A stretch of 64,000 nucleotides of DNA, taken from Selaginella moellendorffii. Taxonomy: Eukaryota; Plantae; Lycopodiophyta. The notes beneath the pieces were generated by a model that was not told where the DNA came from, made no database searches, and saw only the letters and a program-made list of their open reading frames with translations. This document shows, in pieces, positions 1 to 12,217 of the stretch. The stretch is from contig NW_003314295.1 in assembly GCF_000143415.4 (NCBI RefSeq), forward strand, positions 809,038 to 873,037, given 5' to 3'. The position numbers were made by a program, and so were the translations under genes. How positions within the stretch are numbered: position 1 is the stretch's first letter; each line of letters starts with the position of its first letter.

Positions 1-228
1 AATCAATAGCAACATTGGAACAAGTACAACTCAAATCACTATATATAACCTCAGAGATTTATAAAGGTCAAGTGAGGCAAGTTCAAAATAAAGACAAAAA
101 ATTAGCTAATGAACATTATCATCATCAAGGGTGACAAAACTTTCCTTAAGTTGTCGGATGCACAATGTTCTTTAAAAGGAGGTGGTAGTGATTGATCAGA
201 CATTGAAGAAGGTATAGATATTGTTCAG

Positions 229-867
229 ATTGCAGGAAGTACCAGGATCACACTGATGTTCCAAGTGCTTAATGAGATCTTATAAAATCCAGAAGATAAA
301 ACACAGGATTGTCTCCAGGAAAAATGTGTCCTCATAATGTTTCTGCAGCATTTCCTCTGATCAGGTCTCGTTGATTTATGCCAACTTGACACTGGACAAC
401 ATTCTACTCAAGAACGAGCTCGACAAACTTGCTGAAAACATCCAAACTTCAAGGTCCTGTTTGAGACTATCAGACTTCTTGTGTTTCCAAAGAAAACTGA
501 TGCATGTTTACAGGTTTTCTATGTTGCCAATAAGCCAATGCGATAAGGATCCGGCTTCATCACAAAAGACCTGGTGAAGGGACTACCACCTCCTTCAGAC
601 GGCAATCTCATCATGGTTTGAAGCTCATTTGCTGCTCGTTACTTAGTTCCCCATTGACACCATTTCCAACAGGTGTGCAGGCCTCCAGGCCTCATGAGCC
701 ACATCTCCAGCGATAAAGCACCAGACAAATCACAAGGACAAGTAACCATTTTACAGAGATATCTATTCCAACACGCGAGCTTCCCTGATTCCACTCTTCC
801 TTCTCAACAGTTGACAGGTCTCTTGAAGAGCATGGGTTACACCGAAGACCAAGTGTACAAGTTCTAG
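229..867 (+). pseudogene. NADH-cytochrome b5 reductase 3' half (copy 1), disabled
   Basis: Exons give IAGSTRITLMFQVLNEIL*NPEDKTQ / VSLIYAN..ILLKNELDKLAE / ..GLPPPSDG / VCRPPGLMSHISSDKAPDKSQGQ / LTGLLKSMGYTEDQVYKF*. There is an in-frame stop, deletions and no 5' half. Confidence 0.85.
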
Positions 868-990
868 GCATTCTTTTATTCTCAGGACAAGAACAACACA
901 ATACAATACAAAGCTCTTTAAAGTCATGAGAGCCGTAGATTAAGGTCCCCTGAGACGCACTGGCTTATTCCGTGGAGTCATGCCGTGTGC

Positions 991-1829
991 TTATGGAGTC
1001 GCAGCGTGATGATCTTTCCCTCCTGAAAGAATGAAAAGAAGAGCGTTTGCACAGAAAAGAGTGGAAAGTCTATACTGTAGCACCTGATGCCTTGGGAGTG
1101 GCCTTCGGAGTTGGGCTTGGAGCGGGGCTGGTCTTTGGAGGAGATGGGCTTGGAGCGGGGCTGGTCTTTGGAGGAGTTGGACTTGGAGCGGGGCTGGTCT
1201 TTGGAGATGGGCTTGGTGTTGGGCTCGTCTTTGGAGATGGGCTTGGTGTTGGGCTGGTCTTTGGAGTTGGACTCGCCTTTGGGCTTGAACTGGGACTTTC
1301 CGTGCATCCTGTTAACAGCAAAACTCTATCAAGTTCATGGTACAAATCGTGGAAGCATGAAAAGTTGGCCAGACAAACCTGGTGGGGGCGGTCCTGACAG
1401 AAACATGAAAGAAAAATAAAACAGTTAAGCCTGAAAAACCATAGAAAAGAAAGCAGAAGTTGGTATGTATATGGCACCTGCTTGAAATTTACGTAAAAAG
1501 TTTCAGTACGTGATATTAATCTTGCTGTTAAATTCAAGAGTTTCACCTGGGCATGGCGTCGTACCACGGAGCCAGCACCTGGAGCAACAAAACCAAATCA
1601 AAGGCTATAGTAGCACAAACTTGAATTCGAACTTTCACCTGCATCGATCTTGTACTGCAGCAACAAGGAGCAAAGAAAAGATGTTGGCAAGAGTCCCATA
1701 GAAGACCATGTGAAATGCATCAAAAGAACCTTGGTTTGCTTGACGAACAACAAACTCAGCAGCTCCATCATCCCCGAGACTGCAAACCACAAGACATGAA
1801 ATCACCAACGCCACAAAAACGGCCTTCAT
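991..1829 (-). CDS. Secreted Pro/Ser/Thr-rich (AGP/extensin-like) protein, copy 1, ~140 aa, 6-7 exons including micro-exons
   Basis: GT-AG exon model 1829-1730, 1654-1639, 1578-1547, (1480-1478), 1393-1379, 1308-1084, 1022-991 keeps frame. It gives signal peptide MKAVFVALVISCLVVCSLG, then VQDRCRCWLRGTTPCP(A)GPPPPGCTES, (PKTSPAPSPSP)n and GGKDHHAATP*. Confidence 0.7.
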
Positions 1830-2186
1830 CTTGTAGAGACACTGGATGGCTGGTTGAGAGGCAATGTAGGAGGTAAATGCGAATGCATATGCAGTGCCCC
1901 GAAGCCGGAATTTATTTCGAACCAAGGCTAGCAAACAAAGCCACTGGAATCACAATGTACCGGGCAGAATCTCAGTTTTTGTTATTTTCCCAAAGAATTG
2001 ACAAGGGAGAACGTGAAAGAGAATTGTCTGACGTGAAGTGTCCCTTCCAAATCTTAGCTGGGTGGCAACAATAGACACAAGTTCTGCCAGGTGTACGAAC
2101 AAGGTGATATGACCCAAAGCGCATAAAGAAGCTGGCGGATAGTTGTCTAGCCTATTTTATAGGATGGCAAAGAAACCGATCCAGAG

Positions 2187-2800
2187 ACTAAATTGCAAGA
2201 AATTTGTTAAAGCGAAGTATGTGCTCTGCAGTCGTTTGCCACGAGTCACATCCAACAGAGTTGTCCATGCCACCGCATCTGGAAGAAATGGCATGGACTG
2301 GATGAGATTCTCGGCCTCCTCCAGCCGCTTAGCCCGCCCAAGCAGATCAACCATGCACCTGTAGTGATGGGTCGATCCCAAAGTCTGATTGGATCAACAG
2401 CAAGTGTTCTCGAGCATCAATGATCTTCCCCGCGTGGCTGCAACCGCTCAGGATTGCGATAAAAGTGATCTCGTCTGGTGAAATCCCTTCGAGATTCATG
2501 GCCTGAAACACATTAATCGCATCTTGCATATGGCTGTTTCTGGCAAGTACTGCGATTAAGGCCGTCCACGACCGCTAGTCTTTCCATGGCATATTTTCAA
2601 ACACTTCACAGCGGCAGCTTACATGACCATTTACGGAAAATGCAACCATCATTGTAGTGCATGATGAAAGATTGTGCTCCAGAATTCTGTTAAATATACT
2701 CTTCTCTTGCATAAGACACCCATTAAAGGCATAGACTGAGATTATAGCGTTCCAGGACACTATGTTGTGCAAGGGCATTCAATCGAAGACTTGAGATTGA
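2187..2800 (-). pseudogene. PLS-class PPR gene 3' fragment (duplicate of the end of 12645-14879)
   Basis: [34 protein letters not shown] and ITFIAILSGCSHAG fall in separate frames; stop codon, deletions and 5' truncation. Confidence 0.9.
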
Positions 2801-3499
2801 AATGCTTATCTATTGCCATGTTTACATCCAGTGAGAGGGATGTGATATGGGATGAGCTTTTAACTTATAGGAGGACAGGAACTCGATTGATACTAAATCT
2901 GATCGCATTAAAAAAAGACTTGTATGTTGGTGAGAGTATTATAGTTATGAAATTCCAGCACTTCAAAAGTTGGCCATTCGAATTCTAATGTTTGTCATCC
3001 TTAGTGGAGAGATTGTTTGAGCACGTGTCTTCAAAGAAGAAAAATAAACTTATTATGGACAAGATAGAGGTTGTTAATCTGCAAAAATGATTGTGACTAT
3101 AACAAATTTGTGAGCTACAATGTACTAGAGATAGTTCCTTATCTAGAAGACAAATTTAAGTAAGGAGAGGAAGAGGAAGAGGAAGAGGAAGAAGAAGATG
3201 GAGATGATATTAAAGATTATAAGGTTGAAGATAATGATGATTTGTAGGATTTTTGAGTAGTTTATATATAATAAAAAGTAGCATATTCTTAGAATTAAAA
3301 ATAGAATATTCTTAGAATATCCACTAGAATATTCATGAGCTATTGATCGTGTTCTATAGTCAGGTTCATGAAATCTAAAACTTATGTTCGTGTTCTATAT
3401 TCATGTTTGTAACTATAATATCAATTATAAACACTATTGTGAGCAAATTGGAGCAAAAGCAAATACTTCTCCTATACTCTTTGTTGAGTTAAGTTTCTT

Positions 3500-5260
3500 A
3501 TAAAAAACCTCAATACATCTTTCAACAGCTGATTCATGCACTTTATCTGCCCATCTAAATGTGGATGCTCACCACTACTCATGCTCAACTTAATCTCTAA
3601 CTTCTCGAAGACCATTTCTAAAATTTAAATGTGAACTTAGGATTCTGATTAATCACAATATCACATAACAAACCATATAGACTAAATAACTAGTCTACAA
3701 ACAACTAAACAAGTTTAGTAGTTTTAATTGTTAACTTTACTAGGAAGAAGTGAGCTATCTTTGTCAAACAATCTATAACTACCAAATAATATTATTTCCT
3801 TGAAAAATCTTGGGCAAATGAGTGGTAAATTATATTGAGATGTTATCCCAATCATTTTCGAGTATATATAGAGGATGATAGAGGCCAACAAACTTCCCCT
3901 AAATGCCTAACACTTATCAACCAAAATCTATTTAATGAGTATGTCCCTTCTTTACCAAGATTTCATTTCATATCTTGAATGATATAACCTTGTCACCCTT
4001 TAAATGTATAGAGGCATCCCTCAATAAAACCTTCATGTTAATATCAGTGATGAAGAAGTTGAAATCAGTAAACTCCTTAAACTCATTCAAAAGATTGCTA
4101 GATAGCTTCATGAATGAAATAGAATTCATTATCTTGAATAATGCATTAGCCATCTTATTGTCACCACCATACTTGTACCAAATCTCCACAAACATGTCTT
4201 ATAGGAACTCTTGCCAACCAGTAAAAATGGTCTTAAAGATCTTTTTGATGACTAAAATATTGGAGAGATTGATAGTTTGGATCTATATGGAAGTATGATC
4301 TATATAAATAATATTGCCATTTATTCACAACAGAAATCATAGGATACAACGCCTTATCTCAAGTAAGCCAATTTTATTGTGTGGTATCAAACTTAAATCA
4401 TGCATTATCAAAGGTATAGACCAATCAACCATGACTTGGATCTTTGTGGGATCATCTCTTATACCATGCACTAAAATCAAATGCCCGAGATATCCAATTT
4501 CCTCCAAGAAAAACTCACACTTGGATAACTTTGAGTATAACTTGTTGTCGCTCAAAAAATGTAAAACACTTCACACATACATCTTATGTTCTTCTGCTGT
4601 AAAGCTGAAAACTAGGATATTAAAGTAGTCAATCACAAACTTCCCTAAATAAAGTTGTAAAACTTAATTTATCAACCTTTGAAAAGTTGTAGGAACATTT
4701 GTCAAACCAAATGGATTTGATAATACTTTTGCTTCAAATCAATCTTTATAAAATATTGAGCACCATAAAGACAATTGAGCAAATCATCAATATGCAACAT
4801 ATTCTTCACCATTCAAGCCCTTAACCGTTTTAGTTCATATAGAAAAGCAATGTACTCTTTCTTTTTGACCATCACCACTAAAGCAGTGTAAGAAGACTTG
4901 CTTATCCATAACCACCTCTTTTGAAGGTACTCAGAAAGTTGCCTATTGATTTCATCTTCAAGAGGACTAGGAAGAGTCAATTTTTGGTGATAAGGAGTAG
5001 CTCTAGGAGCCAAGTCAATCTTATGCTACGTTAGATGGGGCAAACCATCAGGCAATTCATCTGGAAATACATCACGAAACTCCTTTTGAATGCAATTAAT
5101 ACGAGCCCTATGCCTACAAATGTATTCCAAATTAGATATGATCATATTAGAAAGAAATGGGTACACCACAAAAATCTTATGCGTGCATTTCACCAACTCC
5201 AAAGCAATAATTAATTGTTGAGACAGATAATAGTGATACTCTATTTCTTTCACATATCCA
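3500..5260 (-). mobile_element. Decayed Ty3/gypsy pol (RT, integrase remnants)
   Basis: Remnant motifs EFRDVFPDELPDGLP, SKSSYTALVVMVKKK, KLSKCEFFLEEIGYLGH, DPTKIQ and integrase HPHLDGQ; many stops. Confidence 0.8.
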
Positions 5261-5399
5261 AAGGTAGCAGAGCAGAATTCAAGTTTTAGGGCCTTGAACC
5301 ACTACCAGATGCAAAACAAAGATAGGCACGTAAGTGGGAGTTAGATTATGTTTCAGGTTGGTCTTGCCTGACCTAACTACTGACAATGTGCCCCACCCC

Positions 5400-6463
5400 C
5401 CCCCTTCCCTTTTAAAGAATGCATCATAAGTGGTCATCCCTAGACCACACTTTAGCATCCTTAGGATGCCCGAAGACATAGAGAACACCCTTCCCCATCC
5501 CTTCTTCAGTATTCACCAAGTCCTTTTCCATCCATGGGTGTGCTTACTAACACTACCACTATATCAAAGCCTAAATGCCCAACCGCTAAATCCCATTGAT
5601 TTTTGGGACTTTTTCACCATGTGACCATATCTTTAGTCACTATACAAGAGGATTGCTCCTCTTCCTTTCCATAGTCTAGGACATTTTGAAACATTATGGC
5701 CATATGCAAATCTTATAGGTACTCTCTGCAGCTTCTACCCTTATGTGCCCAAACCATGTGGCTAAAGTGAGGTTCTGATAAGCCATATTAGGTATCTAAA
5801 TAGATAATGCCACCTACACTTGGATTAGAAGCATTGATTATTCAATCTCCTAGAAGGGCTAGAGTCAACTCTTGAACACTTCACCAAGTTATCTAGCCTT
5901 AGACTCTTCAATGGTTATATCATCACCCACCACGTGGGTATAGTTGTTTTTTATCACACTGCCCTTTTCTGGCCAAATTGGTTCCACTAGAGTCCTCCCC
6001 CCTACTATCCTTTTGAAGCTCACCAAACCCCTTAGGGTTTGAGAAATTATTGCTTTGGGCTTTCACCCTTAAACTTGGATTTGGACTCAAACTTAAACTC
6101 GGACTTGGACTCATACTTGGTCTTAGTCTCAATCTCAGTCTTGGTCTCAATCTCAATTCTAGTCTTGGTCCCTATCTCAGATTCCTTCTCAAACTTCATC
6201 TTAAACTCCATTTCAAACTTCTTCTCGGACTCCATCTTGAACTCCTTCTTAGACTCTTTTTTGTGTCCTTTTTTAGAGATTTATTCACCAATTGCTTTAT
6301 ACTCATTCCTTGAGCATTTTATTTGGAGTTCCACTTCTGCTCTTGACTTTCCAAGTTAGAGCTTTTGGTCTAAACATATTACACTTGTTGAACTTCCACT
6401 TTGACCATTACCATGTGGCACCCTTTCGGCTCTAGTTTAGGGCTTAGGGATTTGTGTCTCACA
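5400..6463 (-). mobile_element. Old diverged LTR of family A type
   Basis: Begins TGTGAGACACAAATCCCTAAGCCC on the minus strand like the LTRs at 37748, 50919 and 63384, and carries a decayed GAGTCC/GAGACC array (6070-6260). Confidence 0.75.
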
Positions 6464-8778
6464 ATCAGACACTTGAGTTGTATCCATGATGGATTCCATG
6501 ATATTCATCTTAACATTCTTTAAACCCTTCAGAAAAGGATAATCCTTGTTTTGATGTTCAACCTTGTGGCAATGAAAATAATTACCCTTTATTTTGCCTT
6601 TCTTCCATTAGATTAAACAAAGTTTCTTAGCCTCATTGCCATCTCCTTTCTTTAAGCCACAACATAGCAATGGTCATTTCTTCCCTAAATGTGAAGCATT
6701 GGTTAGTTGGTCATCACGTTGACTACCCTATTGACCATCCCATTGACCATAGTTGATTGACAGTTTTGACAAAAAGATCTAATAGCATCAATTAACATTC
6801 ATGGAAAATCATTCTTGACCTTTTATTACACATCTAATAAGCTTAAACCTTTAATGAAATATTGCACCTTTAATAGAATTAAACATTGCACCTTTAATAG
6901 CTTATTATAGGTGCCCATAAGAATGCAAAGATCACAAAACTTGCAGGCATACACATTTAAAGATAAAAGTGCTCTACTTGATCTTTAGTGATTAACCTCT
7001 TCAATAAATGAAGTGCAAAAAGCTTTTGTCAAATCACTCCAAAAAATTGATTTTAGATTAACTTTGATGTAGTTCTTCCACCCCACAAAGAAGCATGTGT
7101 AAGCTTCGTCATAAAAAAACAATCTTCACCTTGTCTTTACAAGAATTGTATGATTAACAACTTTTCCATTAGTCTAACTAACAATCAACCTTTTTGTTAT
7201 CATAAATATCTAATGGCGACTTCCATTCCATAATACCATAATCCTTGGCATGTTTAATATACCAATGGTAATCATGAACATAAGATTGATTCAACCTTTA
7301 AGCATCAATATGAAATAACCTTAATGAAATTGATGAAATCTTGCTTTGAGCTTTAATAGTTTAGCATTCTTGCTACACAATGACATCATCAAGAGTCTCT
7401 TCCTTTTTGTCATGGCCATCATTACTAAAGCTATACACCTCATCAAGATGTATATTTTGCTCATTTCCATCTTGAAAAGAATGTTACTAATGAAATGCAC
7501 AAAGAGCAAACCTTAGGCTAACTTTAAGCTATAAATAATTCTTGGAATATTCCTGTAGTTAGTTCATACACTTAATTTCCATTACAATACTTTGAAGAAT
7601 TGACATAAAATTAGGTAAAGAAGAACACATTTAAAACATATTTATTTAAAACTCTCTCTTATAAACACGAATATTAAATACAACTAAACATTAATTAAAA
7701 TGATATATTCATATAATTATAAATATTTTCATATTTAATAATTTTTAAGTAGGAATTTTTCTTTGCAATACCTAGCAACCACATTAAATGTTTTCTCTTA
7801 AATCTTTAAAATGATCAAAATGAACAAATGATTAAATGATTTATTTTTATTAAATTTCAAACTGCATACTTACTATCCACAAAAATAGTTTTAATGATAA
7901 TAATAAATTACTTTTGTTTATTTATTTTTAATTATATATTTTTATATAGTTCTCATAATGAGAGAACAGTCTTTAAATTTTTATTAATTTTATAATTATG
8001 TGATTCCATGCACTCACACTTAGAATATTATTTTAATAATAAAATTAATTTGTAAATATTTAAATTTGTAAAGAAAATATAAATAATAAATAATATTGTA
8101 TTTTTATTATTTTATAAATATCTTAATTTGAACAACTTTAAATTTGGAGGAGATCAGTCTTCTCACTACAATAAATAATTTATCCAAACTCATTTGAAAA
8201 TGAATTACATGCTTTGGAGTATCTAAAAATAATAAAATACTTTTAATAACTATTAAGATTTGTAGAATAGGTAAAAATAATTTTATTTTTTACAATTTAT
8301 ATTTAAAGTAATCAAAAAATTAAATATTTAGCCACAACCAATAATTGATTATTTTTATTTATGATGGTCTAATGATAAATATATCATATATCAATTAATT
8401 TTTTTCCTGGTTATTAAAATATTTTTAAATAATTTACATTTAAAAATAATTTAAATACTGGATAATTTTTACTTTTACACTACTTTAGTAATAATTTTTT
8501 TAAAAAAAATAGTAGATTACAACACCTAACATTATCCTTATGAATAATCATCCCAATTTCAACAAGGTGAGGAACTTTTGCTGCTAGCCACAAGCAAAGC
8601 ACATATGCAACACCAAATCTAGAACTAGCATAGAGCAAATTAAACAAATCAAACAATAATGAAAAATCAGTTTTAAAGGTTTGAAATGGATTGTCAAACA
8701 AATCTTTCCACCCCTATACAAGAGAGAAGAAGGTAAGAAATTTTCCTTGATAATGAGCTAGAGATTGAGCATCTCTAC

Positions 8779-8878
8779 CTTCCCGTCCAGTTCCGGGAGC
8801 TCTAGCTCTGGAGTGGTGGTGGGGTAAGTCACGGGGATCTTGAATTGCAAATCAAACTCGTATGTGAACATACCAGCA
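8779..8878 (-). pseudogene. UFC1: UFM1-conjugating enzyme 1 exon fragment
   Basis: Reads CWYVH-[frameshifting deletion][28 protein letters not shown] followed by a GT donor; matches the conserved UFC1 core [35 protein letters not shown]. Confidence 0.8.
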
Positions 8879-8879
8879 G

Positions 8880-11136
8880 TGGAGTGGATTCCACAGCGGA
8901 GTTGAGGCCACCAGATCTGGTGCCAATCAGTGGACTGGAGCCGCTGCCACAGTGACTGAAGCGGCGATTTTGGCAGCAGTGGCGACGATCTACTCGACCT
9001 GGAAGAGCAAGGTGAGATCTTTTCTTGTAGCATTCTGCTGCTCATCTTTTTCTTGTGGATTCTGCAAAGACCGCTCGTAGTGACGCTGGGGATTTTGGTT
9101 CATGCTTTGCTTTTTGCTCGAAAGTTCTAGGTTTTAGTTGTGGATTGTCCGTCCAGCATTGGATCCGAACGAATGGCGAAAGTTTTGACTCTTAGAAGCA
9201 AAGCCTGTGACTCACAACACGAGACGTTACAGGCAAGATGAAAGAAAAAATGGAAAACAAGATGATGCGTTGATATTCTTTATTGTCCAGGTTTGCCTTG
9301 GATGACGATGTGCAAGTTGCTTCATGCCTCTTGACAAAGTAACAGAGCTTCCAAACCTCATGATGAAGATACTTGAATTTTTCTTTGCTTTGCAGGGCTA
9401 CAAAAAAGGATGGGAAGCCAAATGTGATCATCAGACCATATGTAAAATTGTCTTACACTTGGAATCACTGTAACTCATGCTTCATGCTGACAAATATACA
9501 CCCATAAGTGATCCATCTATTCATGGTCACCTTGATTTACTTGTCAAGGTATTGTTTTCAGCATTTGCATGCTTTCTCAGTTGACAATGGAAAATATATT
9601 TCTTTTGTAGACTTACCCAAGGTTAGTCCCGACTATTCCGAATGCCGACTGGCTGACTGGCCGACCGTGGTTATCGACCAGCTATAAAAATGCCAAGTGG
9701 CCGAACGGTTCACAATTTTTTTTTATAAAAAAATAACATTTTTAGTAAAACCACATTAATAAAAGTAGGAAAACCAAAGCATTAAACCAAACCAAACCAA
9801 AACAAAACATTAGATCAAATCTAATCTCTAGAATCAAATCTCTGAAATCACAATTTCCATTTTAGGGCAAAAATTTCAAGCATGTGGACTAGGCAATTTG
9901 CAAGGCCTCAGCAAGCTACTCCACGCTCAATCGAAAGTGGAGGCCAACTGACTGGAGAGTGTCACTCTGTAGAGCTCGGTATGGACGCAGCTCCTATAGG
10001 CTATAGCCCTCTTGGTCAGATTTGATGTAAGCTTGCTAGGCTGGGCATTCGTGGATGGATGGATTGCTCCATAGCAGCAGGAGAACAGCAAAGCAGTGGA
10101 AATGCAGTGACGATGGCAATAGCCGCAGCAGCATCAGAAATCTAGCCCTTGTGAGCGCGATCACCATTTTTTTCGCCGAATGGAATCACCAAACGGAGCT
10201 GTTCGACCGCGTTCGGTGGCAGTCGGGATTCCGGCCGAACGCGGTCGGGACCAACCATGCACTTAGCAAATATTTTGCCGCTCTTCGGCACTTTGGAAAT
10301 GAAAGGGTACGTGTAGTTTACTACATTTCTTTCCGTCTGTAGTTTTACAAGGAAGATCCACAGCAAGCTCCCATACAGCGCCAACATGAAAGCACGTATT
10401 GGGATGGTATATCTTTGAGTTCTCTGCGTCACTTTACTGTCGTTTAGATTGCAGGAGGTACCGGGATCACACCGATGTGTCAAGTGCTTAACAAGATCTT
10501 AAAAAATCCAGAAGATAAAACACAGGTTTGTCTCCAGGAAAAATGTGTCCTCGTAATGTTGCTGCGGCATTTCCTCCGATCAGGTCTCGTTGATCTATGC
10601 CAACTTGACCCCGGACGACATTCTACTCAAGAACGAGCTCGACAAACTCGCTGAAAAGCATCCAAACTTCAAGGCCTGTTTGAGACTATCAGACTTCCAC
10701 TCTGGCGTTTCCAAGGAAAACTGACGCATGTTTACAGGTTTTCTATGTTGTCGATAAGCCAACGCGTTACTGGGGAGGAGGATCCGGCTTCATCACGAAA
10801 GACATCCTGGTGAAGGGACTACCACCTCCCTCGGACGGCAAGCTCATCGTGGTTTGAAGCTCATTCGCTGCTCGTTACTTAGTTCCCCATTGACACAATT
10901 TCCAACAGGTGTGCAGGCCTCCAGGCCTCATGAACCACATCTCCGGCGATAAAGCACCAGACAAATCACAAGGACAAGTAAGCATTTTACGGAGATATCT
11001 ATTCCAACACGCGAGCTTCCCTGATTCCACTCTTCCTTCTCAACAGTTGACAGGTCTCTTGAAGAGCATGGGTTGCACCGAAGACCAAGTGTACAAGTTT
11101 TGGACAATACAATACAAAGCTCTTTTAAAGTCATGA
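8880..11136 (+). pseudogene. NADH-cytochrome b5 reductase (mitochondrial CBR2-like), near full-length but disabled (copy 2)
   Basis: Exons read ALDPNEWRKF*LLEAKPVTHNTRRY, FALD..VASCLLT, KPNVIIRP, YTPISDPSIHGHLDLLVK, TYP/ALSKYFAAL, KLPYSANMKARIGM, IAGGTGITPM..NPEDKTQ, ..VCRPPG, ..EDQVYKF. It has a premature TGA near 9186, a MITE insertion, no start codon and a lost stop. Confidence 0.85.
9618..10259. mobile_element. Non-autonomous hAT-like element (MITE) inserted in a CBR exon
   Basis: Imperfect TIRs CAAGGTTAGTCCCGAC / (rc) CATGGTTGGTCCCGAC, CCGA-rich subterminal repeats and 8-bp flanks GACTTACC / CACTTAGC (6/8 match). It splits codons TYP...ALSKYF. Confidence 0.65.
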
Positions 11137-11353
11137 GAGCCGTAGATTAAGGTCCCCTAAGACGCACTGGCTTATTCCGTGGACTCATAAAGACCAAAGT
11201 TCTAGGCATTCTTTTATTCTCAGGACAATAACAACACAATACAAATACAAAGCTCTTTAAAGTTATGAGAGCCGTAGATTAAGGTCCCCTGAGACGCACT
11301 GGCTTATTCCGTGGAGTCATGCCGTGTGCTTATGGAGTCGCAGCGTGATGATC

Positions 11354-12217
11354 TTACCCTCCTGAACGAATGAAAAGAAGAGCGTTTGCACAGAAAAGAT
11401 TGGAAAGTCTATACTGTAGCACCTGATGCCTTGGGAGTGGCCTTCGGAGTTGGACTTGGAGCGGGGCTGGTCTGTGGAGGAGATGGGCTTGGAGCGAGGC
11501 AGGTCTTTGGAGGTAATGGGCTTGGAGCGGGGCTGGTCTTTGGAGGTGATGGGCTTAGAGCGGGGCTGGTGTTTGGAGGATTGGGACTTGGAGCGGGGCT
11601 GGTCTTTGGAGAAGGGCTTGGTGTTGGGCTCGTCTTTGGAGATGGGCTTGGTGCTGGGCTTGAACTGGGACTTTCCGTGCATCCTGTAAACAGCAAAACT
11701 CTATCAAAAGTTCATGGTACAAATCGTGGAAGCATGAAAAGTTGGCCAGAGAAACCTGGTGGCGTGGGCGGTCCTGACAGAAACATGAAAGAAAAATAAA
11801 ACAGTTAAGCCTGAAAAACCATAGAAAAGAAAGCACAAGTTGGTATATGGCACCTGCTTCAACTGTAAATTTACGTAAAAGTTTCAGTACGTGAGATTAC
11901 TGTTGCTGTTAAATTCAAGAGTTTCACCTCGGCATGGCAGAATACCACGGAGCCACCACCTGGAGCAACACCAAACGAAAGGCTATAGTAGCACAAACAT
12001 GTGATCAATTCGAACTTCCTCACCTGCATCGATCTTGTGCAGCAGCAACAACAACAAGCAAAGAAGAGATGTTGGCAAGAGTCCCATAGAACACCATGTC
12101 AAATGCATCAAAAGAACCTTGGTTTGCTTGACGAACAACAAACTCAGCAGCTCCATCATCCCCGAGACTGCAAACCACAAGACATGAAATCACCAATGCC
12201 ACGAAGACGGCCTTCAT
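11354..12217 (-). CDS. Secreted Pro/Ser/Thr-rich protein, copy 2 (micro-exon gene)
   Basis: Same exon structure as copy 1, with in-frame micro-exons of 10, 32, 9 (11862-11854) and 18 nt: ..ANQDRCRWWLRGILPCRVEAGPPTPPGCTES(PKTSPAPSP)n..SGG*. An AAA>TAA change shortens the last exon. Confidence 0.65.

Larger units (their letters stand above)
223..2800. repeat. Segmental duplication copy of ~10442-13287 (CBR 3' half, Pro-rich gene, PPR 3' end)
   Basis: Colinear high similarity, introns included, readable by eye between the two intervals. Confidence 0.92.
1..3420 (+). mobile_element. Degenerate hAT-family DNA transposon whose transposase middle is replaced by a captured 2.6 kb host segment (Pack-hAT-like)
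   Basis: Bases 100-230 read (with frameshifts) MNIIIIKGDKTFLKLSDA...IEEGIDIVQI, resembling the hAT DUF659 region. Bases 2920-3070 read ..EIPALQKLAIRIL..ERLFEHVSSKKKNKL, resembling the hAT dimerisation domain, on the same strand. An acidic tail and AGAATATTC subterminal repeats (3280-3340) follow. The left end lies outside the window. Confidence 0.55.

Noticed and set aside
1047-1419. Gly/Leu-rich and WSLE-repeat ORFs on the plus strand (also 11386-11799)
   Set aside because: Antisense shadows of the Pro-rich exon; signal peptide and splice sites support the minus strand.
6470-8750. Decayed coding-like and very AT-rich sequence
   Set aside because: Probably TE debris, but no motif could be assigned with confidence.
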